From the IMG/VR virus record IMGVR_UViG_2663763326_000013: a DNA stretch of 45,258 bases, one strand, 5' to 3'. Position 1 is the stretch's first letter, and every line of letters starts with the position of its first letter. Positions 1 through 7,841 of the stretch are shown one piece after another. Both the position numbers and the translations under genes were made by a program. Source of the stretch: a virus. Its lineage: Duplodnaviria; Heunggongvirae; Uroviricota; Caudoviricetes. The notes beneath the pieces were generated by a model, which was not told where the DNA came from, did not search any database, and worked only from the letters and a program-made list of their open reading frames with translations.

Positions 1-435
1 ATGCATCTAGAAGTCTCTATTAATCCAGAAACTAGAGCTGAATTTTTTGATGAAGTTTTTCTCAAATTCCCGGAGCTAGAGTCTTCTATCATTGATGATT
101 TCAAGAGATACAAAGCAACCGGTGAGCTTCCGCATTATTTCGGTAGGGACGTTGCGTATACTCAGCCCTATGGTGCTTTTCGGGCTGGGTTGATGCATAT
201 CCATCTTTGTCTACCGCCAAACAAGTTTCCCGAGAAACTTCCACAACCGGATAGGGTCTGCAAGAAAGGTGATCCTGATAATGATGCTTGTCTTGTGTAT
301 GTCCAAGGTGAGCTTTATGAGAATAAATATTCACTCATTGCTATTATGTATCCCGATGCACATGAAAAAGCAAGAAAACATGATGTGATGAGCTATCTGG
401 CGCGAATTGCCCAGAATTATAAAGATGAAAACTAA
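1..435 (+). CDS. YafO-family type II toxin (ribosome-dependent mRNA interferase family)
   Basis: 144-aa ORF with motifs recalled from E. coli YafO (YK..G.LP..FGRD, HIHL, LVY.QG, LIAI..P..H). Begins at window edge so upstream context including any antitoxin is unseen. Confidence 0.55.
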   Translation: MHLEVSINPETRAEFFDEVFLKFPELESSIIDDFKRYKATGELPHYFGRDVAYTQPYGAFRAGLMHIHLCLPPNKFPEKLPQPDRVCKKGDPDNDACLVYVQGELYENKYSLIAIMYPDAHEKARKHDVMSYLARIAQNYKDEN

Positions 436-456
436 CCCGCCGAAGCGGGTTTTTTG
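435..456 (+). terminator. Rho-independent terminator (ACCCGC-cgaa-GCGGGT followed by T5)
   Basis: GC stem-loop followed by TTTTT immediately after the stop of the 1-435 ORF; lies between two convergent genes. Confidence 0.65.
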
Positions 457-461
457 TGAGA

Positions 462-734
462 TTAGTTATTTATTTTCCTATTTGTTCTTACCCTCTCCCA
501 TTCAATTCTGCCTTCTTCACGCCGTTTATCTATATATTCAGCAAGATCCTGAATGTTGATGCAGCGCTTTGCTTTCTGTGATGTACCAACACGATAAGTC
601 GGGATCGGCAATTGGCATGCATTTGCTTTCGCTTCTGCTGTGTTAGGGCTCATACCGAAATACTTTTGGCATACAGCTGACAGCTCAATGTTTGGGGTAT
701 TGAATTCAGCCATCAGTAAAAACAAGGTGTTCAT
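462..734 (-). CDS. PrtN-family small DNA-binding protein (excisionase/activator-like)
   Basis: ORF 462-761 with motif FLLMAEFNTPNIEL...CQLPIPTYRVGTSQKA recalled as pyocin-activator PrtN family. Start set at third ATG (734) because GGAG lies 7 nt upstream. Confidence 0.45.
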   Translation of the reverse strand: MNTLFLLMAEFNTPNIELSAVCQKYFGMSPNTAEAKANACQLPIPTYRVGTSQKAKRCINIQDLAEYIDKRREEGRIEWERVRTNRKINN

Positions 735-770
735 AATTTTCTCCATCAAAACCGGCTGCACCCGGGAAAA

Positions 771-1346
771 TCATAATTCTGTGCTGGTGGCAGGAATTAG
801 TTTCTGCCAGATAGCGGAAACATATTTTGCCTGATGACGGGCATCAGCCAGGGCGTTGTGCCGTTCGCCATCGAAAGGCATGTCCATTTTTGGGTCGAAT
901 CCGATGGAACGCCCAAGCGTAACGATCGTGCGTACATCGTGGTCATTCCAGTACGCCCACGGGCAGATTTGTCCTGCTCGCTCGTAAGCTCCACGTAAAA
1001 TTACGTTGTCGAAGGTGGCCCCGTTACCCCAGACTTTTAAATATTTTGTATTGTCTGCATGCTGATTAATGAAATGGCTCAGTTCAGAGAGAGCATCGCT
1101 GATCGACAAAGTATCATCAATACAGATTGCAGCTCGTGCTTCAGGGCTTTGTTTCAACCACCACAGGATGGTATCGCCGTCAGGTGTAGCTCCTTGCCCC
1201 ATAGCACTTTCCAGGCTAACAACCGTATAGAATTCCTGTCCGATGTCTCCGGTTTCTGGAGTGAAGAACACCGCGCCAATGGAAACGATCGGTGCATCCT
1301 TATTTTTCCCCATCGTCTCAAGGTCGATCATTAAGTTGTTCATCAC
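771..1346 (-). CDS. 3'-5' exonuclease (DEDD/DnaQ-like phage exonuclease)
   Basis: 191 aa; N-terminal MIDLETMG...PIVSIGAV pattern typical of DEDD exonuclease motif I; early-left position. Confidence 0.55.
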   Translation of the reverse strand: MMNNLMIDLETMGKNKDAPIVSIGAVFFTPETGDIGQEFYTVVSLESAMGQGATPDGDTILWWLKQSPEARAAICIDDTLSISDALSELSHFINQHADNTKYLKVWGNGATFDNVILRGAYERAGQICPWAYWNDHDVRTIVTLGRSIGFDPKMDMPFDGERHNALADARHQAKYVSAIWQKLIPATSTEL

Positions 1347-2095
1347 TTCACCTCCTGCGGCGGTTCCGGTAGCGGCATCCAGTGAGTTGCTTGCTCAATA
1401 CCATTACCCGGCTTAATCGTTGCATCTCCGCGCCGAAAGGTGCCTCCGGTATAGCGTGCGGCGCATATTAGCGGTTCAACCAGAGAGCTATCGAAATTCA
1501 CCGAAATAAGCACGTTCTGGCCCTTTTCAGGCATTCGATCACTACAGCTTATCCAACTATCCGGAGTTCCCGGAGAGTTGCCATTTACATCGAAGTTTGG
1601 CTCTGCGTCCTGAACCAGGAGGATGTAACCATTCTTGGCTGTATCAAGTTCTAACGCCTCGGTGACGGTGCCGAAATAGCGATTACCTAAATCAGCATCA
1701 CAAGTGCTTACATCAATGGAAACTTCCATGCCTTCGATTAATTCTGGCAAGTTGTAAGTTTGGCTTACAGGTTGGCTACCCTGAAGCATGGCGGCGCGGT
1801 GACACCAGATAATCCAGCCAAGCGCCATATCCCATGCCATGTATTCTCTATCGCCATTTTTTGCCCTACGGCGATCTACAGATTCCCCGAAACGCTTCTC
1901 CATAAATAATTCATAGGCTGCTCGTTCATCCGATACTGCTGCCAGCGATGCCAGTGCAATTTTAAATGCGGTAAGTATGTTGTTAACCTGACCTATTTCG
2001 AATGCTATTTCACTACATACAAACGATTTATCGTCTATTATCGACTCAATTCCGGTAATCGTGTTCTGTAACCATTCTTTGGTAAGAGTATTCAT
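1343..2095 (-). CDS. DUF551-domain phage protein
   Basis: 250 aa; C-terminal W(I)SCSDRMPEKG...HWMPLPEPP matches DUF551 signature recalled from lambdoid early regions; start overlaps upstream stop. Confidence 0.45.
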   Translation of the reverse strand: MNTLTKEWLQNTITGIESIIDDKSFVCSEIAFEIGQVNNILTAFKIALASLAAVSDERAAYELFMEKRFGESVDRRRAKNGDREYMAWDMALGWIIWCHRAAMLQGSQPVSQTYNLPELIEGMEVSIDVSTCDADLGNRYFGTVTEALELDTAKNGYILLVQDAEPNFDVNGNSPGTPDSWISCSDRMPEKGQNVLISVNFDSSLVEPLICAARYTGGTFRRGDATIKPGNGIEQATHWMPLPEPPQEVK

Positions 2096-2097
2096 AA

Positions 2098-2289
2098 CTA
2101 TTTCACTTTAATCTCAATATTTCGCAGCTTTAGCTCTACTGGCAGGTCTGACTTTCCTGTTAATGCTAATGCGAGATTTTCAGGAGTAATGAGAGCAGTT
2201 ATTGTTTTCCCCCTCGCCAGACGAATAATCATTCGTATCTCGCAATCGTCACATGCTCCCGGTCGAACAATTGAGATTTGTCCGTTCAT
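2098..2289 (-). CDS. hypothetical small protein
   Basis: 63-aa ORF tightly packed in the leftward operon. Confidence 0.35.
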   Translation of the reverse strand: MNGQISIVRPGACDDCEIRMIIRLARGKTITALITPENLALALTGKSDLPVELKLRNIEIKVK

Positions 2290-2290
2290 C

Positions 2291-2845
2291 TCACTTCCCC
2301 TTCACACCAATGTTGGCGGCGGCGCGCTCGGCTTCACTTTGTTCCCAAAACCACTTGTGAAGCGCCATAAGCTTTTCGTCAATCGGTGCATATTTGCGAT
2401 TAAAGTAGGCCTGAGCATCTTTCTCAGATTCGTCCGGTAATTCGCCAGGGCCAAACAGTGTGTTATAAATCCATGCCAGTCCGCTCTTAGCGTCGCCAGT
2501 TGCCTGCCATTCGATAATGGCAGCCTGCATGACCAGAATGTTTTTCCCGATTAATAGGTCCAGTTCTTTGTACCGGTTGCGGATGTATGCATTCTCGCTT
2601 TGTAATTCAGCGTTTCGCTTCTCTGCTGCTTCCAGCTCATCCAGCAGCGCCAAGACGGTGGCAGGATTGGCGGCGGCTATGAATCGTTTATTGGCGCGAT
2701 TATCTGGTCCTGAGCATGATGCTATGTAGTAATTGGCGTTCAGTCCGGCATCGGCAATTACTCCATGGTAGTCATCAGCACACCATTCGCCTGGTGTTGC
2801 ATTTTCTGCCGCCAGTCGCAGAGCCTGATAGTTAATCTCGCTCAC
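2291..2845 (-). CDS. Ead/Ea22-like protein
   Basis: 184 aa; central coiled-coil region (LLDELEAAEKRNAELQSENAYIRNRYKEL) and overall organisation recalled from Ead/Ea22 family of lambdoid phages. Confidence 0.5.
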   Translation of the reverse strand: MSEINYQALRLAAENATPGEWCADDYHGVIADAGLNANYYIASCSGPDNRANKRFIAAANPATVLALLDELEAAEKRNAELQSENAYIRNRYKELDLLIGKNILVMQAAIIEWQATGDAKSGLAWIYNTLFGPGELPDESEKDAQAYFNRKYAPIDEKLMALHKWFWEQSEAERAAANIGVKGK

Positions 2846-3081
2846 TGGTTGCCTCCTTTACGGATCTGCGCTGCGATGCGCGAAAAAAAAGACTCCCGCG
2901 TATGACTGTTAAGAGCTGGCGCGAACGCTGCGTTAAGAACGGCAGCATCACAGCCGTCATCGATATAGAGCGCAATTTTTTTCTCCAGGCGCGCTTTGGC
3001 TTCCTGCAACTGCATACCCCGGCACGCACGCGGGATATACTCAGCAATTTGAGCGATAGATTTTTCGTTCTGTTTAAACAT
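2842..3081 (-). CDS. hypothetical protein
   Basis: 79-aa ORF, start/stop overlap with neighbours in the same operon. Confidence 0.35.
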   Translation of the reverse strand: MFKQNEKSIAQIAEYIPRACRGMQLQEAKARLEKKIALYIDDGCDAAVLNAAFAPALNSHTRESFFSRIAAQIRKGGNQ

Positions 3082-3277
3082 GCTTCACCTCGATAGGCTT
3101 GATGGTATCGATCAGCAGTCGGCGGCGAGTATTTTCTGCAAAGTGGCGGCGTCCGGTTTCTTTGTGGTAAAACTCGTTTTTTCCGACGACCCACATCCGC
3201 TTTGTCTGGTGCAGTTTTTTTACCTGCGGACCGTCTCGGGTGATAACAATTCCTGTATGAGTTTTTATCACGCTCAT
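3074..3277 (-). CDS. hypothetical small basic protein
   Basis: 67-aa ORF in operon context. Confidence 0.35.
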   Translation of the reverse strand: MSVIKTHTGIVITRDGPQVKKLHQTKRMWVVGKNEFYHKETGRRHFAENTRRRLLIDTIKPIEVKHV

Positions 3278-3636
3278 TTTTTATTCTCCGGTGCTTTCGG
3301 CATTACTGCCCAGTGAGTGATATTGACGTTTTCAAGGTCCCCGACCTGAAATGTCCACTGCCATTCTCCGGTTTCTTTTTGTCCCCAGGTGTACCAGAGA
3401 GAACGCCAGCCAATTAGCCAGCCTTCTCCGTTAGCATCAAATAACAGAACACTTTCATTTGCTGGCGGCAGTTCAGCTGACACTGGTATTATTTTGTTTT
3501 CCAGTGCCGCACATTTAGCTTCAAGCGCATCGAATTTACGTACCAGGTACTCAGCATTTGTTTCATTCACTTTCAGATCTCGTGGTACACATTTCCCGCG
3601 AAGAAACCCTTCCATTTCGAAAACATTCATGCGCAT
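3274..3636 (-). CDS. DUF551-like phage protein
   Basis: 120 aa; C-terminal HWAVMPKAPE motif resembles the DUF551 signature also seen in 1343-2095. Confidence 0.4.
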   Translation of the reverse strand: MRMNVFEMEGFLRGKCVPRDLKVNETNAEYLVRKFDALEAKCAALENKIIPVSAELPPANESVLLFDANGEGWLIGWRSLWYTWGQKETGEWQWTFQVGDLENVNITHWAVMPKAPENKK

Positions 3637-4163
3637 GTGCGTAACTCCGATAACTCGTTAAAGCGCTCCATAAACATCCCGTAGGCATGGCTCGGAGCCA
3701 GTGGAATAACTTTGAACATTTCTGTTGCCGGGATACCTTCCAGTACTGGCCAGAAAGAGCCATCATCAAGCCCGAGATCGCGGCGTTCGGTTGCCAGCAT
3801 GATGAGATCGGCATATTTCACAGGCGTGCTCATAACCGGGGGTAACCCGTATTTCTCACGGATTACGGCGTCTATTTTTTCTTCCATCCGTTTATAGTCA
3901 GGAAGAAGGCGTTTCAGTGGAGCGGGAATATCCTGGCAATACGCTTCTGTTGCATCATGCATTAACGCTTCAAAAGCAAATTCCTGCGGCACCAGCTGGC
4001 TGCAAAGCACCGCATGCTGGGCGACACTGTAGAAGTGTGAAAGATGTCCTGCAAAGCGACAGATATTTGAAAGGGAAACCGCGATATCGTTAATCACGAT
4101 GTCGTCTTTATTTATCTTGTCATAATAAAAATGCTTCCCGGAAAAAGTTTTAATAAATGACAT
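3627..4163 (-). CDS. HD-domain phosphohydrolase (YfdR-like 5'-deoxynucleotidase family)
   Basis: ORF 3627-4226; start reassigned to ATG at 4163 (MSFIKTF...) with GGAG 7 nt upstream. HD motif region (AQHAVL... HDATEAY..D) visible. Confidence 0.55.
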   Translation of the reverse strand: MSFIKTFSGKHFYYDKINKDDIVINDIAVSLSNICRFAGHLSHFYSVAQHAVLCSQLVPQEFAFEALMHDATEAYCQDIPAPLKRLLPDYKRMEEKIDAVIREKYGLPPVMSTPVKYADLIMLATERRDLGLDDGSFWPVLEGIPATEMFKVIPLAPSHAYGMFMERFNELSELRTCA

Positions 4164-4291
4164 TTCGTTCTCCACTTTATATGCGCTGCACCGCGCTGAA
4201 TTCGGGTAAAAGGAATCCCGCACCATCCGGCGATTATTGAGTTAATTACGTTTCCATAAATGCCCCCGCAGGGGCATTTGCAGTAATGAAA

Positions 4292-5116
4292 TCAGGCGGT
4301 GAAAGTACCAATAAAGGTTTCTACTTTGCTGTCTTTGAATTTCTCAACAAGCAGATCACGAAATTCGTTAGCCATTTCTTCCTGCACTGCTTCCAGCTGA
4401 ATAATGCGCAGAACCAGTACAGGACGATCGCCAGTGATAATGCTGAGGCGTAATTTAAATGGACGTTCTTTCAGACCTTCAAACGGAACGCATTTAAATT
4501 CAAATGCTACTGGCATAATATCTTTGGTTTTCGCTTCGACAGACTCCATCAGGGAGCGTTTGCCGCTGAAGTCATTATCTTCAAAATCAGCGGTCTGGTT
4601 TGCTTCAATCGTGATTTTACGGACAGCCGCAGCCGCTTTTGTTGCCTGAATAGCGTCACCATTAGCATCAAAGCCCACAAGGTAGTCGGCCCAGTCTTCA
4701 ATCCATTCTGCCAGTGACTTCTGGGAATGACGCTCGCCGTTAACAGACAACAGAGCAGAGAACGGTGCTGTCTTTTTCAGTTTGAGAGTGGCGGTGTTAT
4801 CTGCGTGACCTGGTTCATCAATAGTACCCAGGTTAAGCACACTGACGGCTCGCATATTATCGGCATCGATAAAGCAGCGGGTGCCTTCATCTGCAAGATC
4901 TTTAGAATAACGGGTAAAGTCATCAATGCTGGCAGTGGAAAGCGCACCACGGAAACGGAAGCGATTTAAATTAAATTTTTCCAGATCATGAATGCGGAAA
5001 TTCTCAGGCAATGCCACAGCATCGGCACCAATCTTACTGATAATTTCATTAACACCCTGAGCAGAAATAAGAGCATGGATTTGATTAATTGCGGTTGCGT
5101 CTAAGTTCTGAGACAT
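4292..5116 (-). CDS. YfdQ-like protein (DUF2303 family)
   Basis: 274 aa; overall similarity recalled to E. coli CPS-53 prophage YfdQ, and gene order YfdP-YfdQ-YfdR matches that prophage. Confidence 0.5.
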   Translation of the reverse strand: MSQNLDATAINQIHALISAQGVNEIISKIGADAVALPENFRIHDLEKFNLNRFRFRGALSTASIDDFTRYSKDLADEGTRCFIDADNMRAVSVLNLGTIDEPGHADNTATLKLKKTAPFSALLSVNGERHSQKSLAEWIEDWADYLVGFDANGDAIQATKAAAAVRKITIEANQTADFEDNDFSGKRSLMESVEAKTKDIMPVAFEFKCVPFEGLKERPFKLRLSIITGDRPVLVLRIIQLEAVQEEMANEFRDLLVEKFKDSKVETFIGTFTA

Positions 5117-5181
5117 AATAAGTCCTCACTATATAAAGATATTCAGTGATGAGATAAATAATCAGTTAATTAAGAACGATA

Positions 5182-5544
5182 TTAATGACCTGCTGCGCGG
5201 AGTTTTCCGTCAGGTTCACCGGCAAGAGTCAGTAATTGTCCCTGGTCTTCCTGCAGAATAGTCAGGCGACCACCGCGATTGACATACATCGGCGTTTCGG
5301 TGGTGTCTTCTTCAGAAATTTTCCCGCGGTTAGTCGGGCGAACATATGAGAGTTTGTGTTTGATTTTCACACGGTTCTCATCAAACGGTTCGATTTCCAG
5401 GTTGAGCGAGACCTTACCTTTGGTTTTCGTGTTCATCACACCGGAAGCGACTTCACTGAGAACAGCGCCGATTTTGGTTTCAAATACGCCGCCGTCCAGC
5501 TCCCCGATAAATGCCTGCACATCAGTACTGCGTTCGCTAGCCAT
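5182..5544 (-). CDS. YfdP-like early protein
   Basis: ORF 5182-5775; true start placed at ATG 5544 (MASERSTDV...) because GAGGAG lies 7 nt upstream and the upstream extension overlaps strong hairpins. Confidence 0.45.
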   Translation of the reverse strand: MASERSTDVQAFIGELDGGVFETKIGAVLSEVASGVMNTKTKGKVSLNLEIEPFDENRVKIKHKLSYVRPTNRGKISEEDTTETPMYVNRGGRLTILQEDQGQLLTLAGEPDGKLRAAGH

Positions 5545-5592
5545 TTTGCTGCTCCTCATCATATCGACCCTGCAAGGTCGGTTGGTTTCTCC

Positions 5593-5681
5593 ACAAAACA
5601 GAGAAGAACACCTGCGGTGGCAGCCGCCCGGATGGATTGGGTTATGAGCCCGTCGTCCGGTGATGCTCTTCTCTGTTTTGT
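5593..5681 (-). ncRNA. Large hairpin in early-left leader (15-bp perfect stem ACAAAACAGAGAAGA / TCTTCTCTGTTTTGT, 59-nt structured loop)
   Basis: Perfect 15-nt inverted repeat at 5593-5607 and 5667-5681 read directly from the sequence; sits about 50 nt upstream of the YfdP-like start. Confidence 0.4.
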
Positions 5682-5727
5682 AAAAAGAGCGGTACCAGCC
5701 GGAAGCAAGTGTACAAACTGGTACCGC
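5682..5727 (-). terminator. Intrinsic terminator within the leftward leader (tL-like)
   Basis: 10-bp perfect stem GCGGTACCAG / CTGGTACCGC (5689-5698, 5718-5727) with 19-nt loop; on the minus strand followed by UCUUUUUA. Confidence 0.45.
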
Positions 5728-6138
5728 CAAAGCAGTGGCTGTTGTGGTGGGGTTGTCACTCAGGCGTATGGTCAACCTGACAATCCGGTGTCCTCAACGG
5801 GGAAAGAGTAACCCCGCCATACTTACCGCCGCGCCATTTCGCGGATTACCACAACGCTGAGAGCACTTAGCCAGTTACGGCACCACACTTTGTCGCGGTT
5901 CCATAAATGCCCTCATCGTTGCACCCTGGTCTCTTCCCAGGCGTCAAACCGAATCGCCACGCTGGTTAGGCGTCTTATCAGCATCCTCATTGACTTGCAC
6001 ATTCCGGCTACCTGGTTTGTTTGCCCGAGCAAGGAGTGGATTGTCCCCTTTAACGTCCCCAGACCGCTAACGACGCATGTGCCATACGCCGTGTTACAAC
6101 CAAATTTTGTCAGGACCTTGTTTGTTGGTCTGGAAAGA

Positions 6139-6190
6139 AAGATAAAATGAAATTGCGTAACGTGCAAGTATTTTATTGCGAGACATGCAA
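6139..6190 (-). promoter_or_regulatory. Putative OL/pL: two TTGC-N7-GCAA operator repeats overlapping a sigma70-like promoter
   Basis: Operator-like 15-mers at 6153-6167 and 6176-6190 match a third copy in the cI-cro intergenic region. On the minus strand TTGCAC, 17-nt spacer, TATCTT. Confidence 0.4.
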
Positions 6191-6200
6191 TAGCGTGAGT

Positions 6201-6226
6201 AATGAAAAGCCACCTTCTGGTGGCTA
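6201..6226 (-). terminator. Rho-independent terminator downstream of repressor gene
   Basis: AGCCACC-ttct-GGTGGCT stem-loop; minus-strand reading gives a U-run (UUUUCAUU) after the stem; 20 nt downstream of the cI-like stop. Confidence 0.55.
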
Positions 6227-6246
6227 ATTGATGTTGAGGTAGGGGG

Positions 6247-6939
6247 TTAATTGTGTCGCTTAAGGGTTTGTGACTGACTGATTAAGACCTTTCCAAAGAC
6301 CATAAACCGGTGTTCGTTTTCGCTGGTAATTCCCCATTCGCGGTAAATCTGATTATCAGAAATTACCAGCAGTTTATCAGGTATCATTTGCAGTCGTTTG
6401 ACGTAAATTTTATCATCAAAACCAAATACATATATACCATCCCCATCAAACTGATTGATACTGATATCAACGAAGATGAGATCTCCTGGCTCAATGGTTG
6501 GACACATACTGTCCCCACGAACGTTGATAACTTTAATGTGATTTGCTGGTCGTCCACCAAACATCGATACAGCATTATCAGTTCTGTATTCAATGGCATG
6601 AATCACATCAATGACATCACCGCCCTGGATAAGGCCATTTCCCGCACTGGCACTGACATCCAGCATTTCAATACGGAATACATCCTTCACCTGCGCAACA
6701 TCCTCACTAATACTGTTTTTACATACAGTATTACTTTTGAGGTCTGAGGTAAAGAGATCAGCAATATCAACACCTAAGCTCCTGGCAATATTACTCAGGG
6801 CTTGTTCAGTGAATTGTTTCTGCTTACCTGTTTCGAGGCGCGAGATATTCGCCGCATCCACTCCTATTGCTTCAGCGAGATCGGCGATTTTCATGTTCTT
6901 CGCCTGGCGAAGTTGTCTGACTCGATTTCCTATGTTCAT
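6247..6939 (-). CDS. cI: CI-like prophage repressor (HTH_XRE N-terminal domain + S24 LexA-like autopeptidase domain)
   Basis: 230 aa; N-terminal HTH (IADLAEAIGVDAANISRLETG) and C-terminal S24 peptidase region with Ser-Lys dyad context (RGDSMCPTI ... VKRL); divergent from cro-like gene. Confidence 0.8.
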   Translation of the reverse strand: MNIGNRVRQLRQAKNMKIADLAEAIGVDAANISRLETGKQKQFTEQALSNIARSLGVDIADLFTSDLKSNTVCKNSISEDVAQVKDVFRIEMLDVSASAGNGLIQGGDVIDVIHAIEYRTDNAVSMFGGRPANHIKVINVRGDSMCPTIEPGDLIFVDISINQFDGDGIYVFGFDDKIYVKRLQMIPDKLLVISDNQIYREWGITSENEHRFMVFGKVLISQSQTLKRHN

Positions 6940-7036
6940 GCGTTTATTACATTTCTTTATTGCGCGTTAAGCAAATCAACTTGCGCAAAATATTTGCGTG
7001 AAATAATATGCTTATCACGCAATATGTGGAGGTTAT
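6940..7036. promoter_or_regulatory. Immunity-region operator/promoter region (OR, pR/pRM)
   Basis: Divergent intergenic region containing TTGC-N7-GCAA (6960-6974) and a 7-bp inverted repeat TGCGTGA-N13-TCACGCA (6996-7022); GGAGG SD before the cro-like start. Confidence 0.5.
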
Positions 7037-7297
7037 ATGCAATCACCATTACGGAATGTGCGTAAGGCGCACGGATTTACTTTGCAGCATGTTGCTGCGG
7101 GCGTTCAGGTCAATCCAGCGACGCTGAGTCGTATTGAAAGACTGGAACAAATTCCATCTATCGATCTTGCAGAACGTCTGGCCAATTTTTTTAAGGGTGA
7201 AATCAGCGAAATGCAGATTCTTTATCCGGCACGTTTTCAATCTAGCCAAAACCAGAATGGGTTTAAACCACAGGAACAGGAGGTAAGCCGTGGGTAA
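7037..7297 (+). CDS. cro: Cro-like HTH regulator
   Basis: 86 aa; HTH (FTLQHVAAGVQVNPATLSRIE); first gene rightward of operators; strong SD. Confidence 0.65.
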   Translation: MQSPLRNVRKAHGFTLQHVAAGVQVNPATLSRIERLEQIPSIDLAERLANFFKGEISEMQILYPARFQSSQNQNGFKPQEQEVSRG

Positions 7298-7841
7298 GCA
7301 TCATTGGAAAGTGGAAAAACAACCTGAGTGGTACGTGAAAGCTGTCAGAAAAACTATCGCGGCATTGCCAGGGGGTTACGCTGAAGCTGCTGACTGGCTG
7401 GATGTAACAGAGAACGCTTTATTCAACCGCCTTCGTGCAGATGGCGATCAGATTTTCCCGTTGGGATGGGCAATGGTTTTACAGCGCGCGGCTGGCACTC
7501 ACTACATTGCGGATGCTGTCGCACAGTCTGCTGGTGGGGTGTTCGTATCGCTTCCTGAAATTGAGGAAGTAGAGAACGCCGATATAAACCAGCGCCTGCT
7601 GGAAGTCATCGAACAGATCGGGAATTACTCAAAGCAGATTCGTTCGGCAATCGAAGATGGGGTCGTGGAGCCACACGAGCAGACAGCAATTAATGATGAG
7701 TTGTATCTGTCAATTTCGAAGCTCCAGGAGCATGCAGCACTGGTCTACAAAATCTTCTGCGCTCCAGAAAAGAGTGACGCCCGCGAGTGTGCAGCTCCGG
7801 GCGTCGTGGCGTTTTGTGTCTGTGGAGAAACTAACGCATGA
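7290..7841 (+). CDS. CII-like regulatory protein (phage CII/CP76-type; could alternatively be YdaT-like)
   Basis: 183 aa, GTG start with AGGAGG 5 nt upstream; position after cro; family assignment by recall only. Confidence 0.4.
   Translation: MGKHHWKVEKQPEWYVKAVRKTIAALPGGYAEAADWLDVTENALFNRLRADGDQIFPLGWAMVLQRAAGTHYIADAVAQSAGGVFVSLPEIEEVENADINQRLLEVIEQIGNYSKQIRSAIEDGVVEPHEQTAINDELYLSISKLQEHAALVYKIFCAPEKSDARECAAPGVVAFCVCGETNA

Noticed and set aside
5545-5775. N-terminal extension of the YfdP-like ORF (to 197 aa) and the 66-aa minus-strand ORF 5559-5759
   Set aside because: The extension lies over the 15-bp and 10-bp hairpins and lacks an RBS. The ATG at 5544 has a GAGGAG Shine-Dalgarno and gives a protein starting MASERS.
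5913-6167. 84-aa minus-strand ORF in the early-left leader as a candidate N-like antiterminator
   Set aside because: Its first ATG lies upstream of the putative pL start and overlaps the operators. The longest downstream-initiated version is 29 aa with no arginine-rich N-terminal motif or convincing RBS.
5545-6246. Retron msr/msd or tRNA in the structured leader
   Set aside because: No reverse transcriptase gene anywhere in the window, and no tRNA-like T-arm or acceptor pattern (GGTTCGAATCC-type) found by eye. The inverted repeats are better explained as leader hairpins and a terminator.
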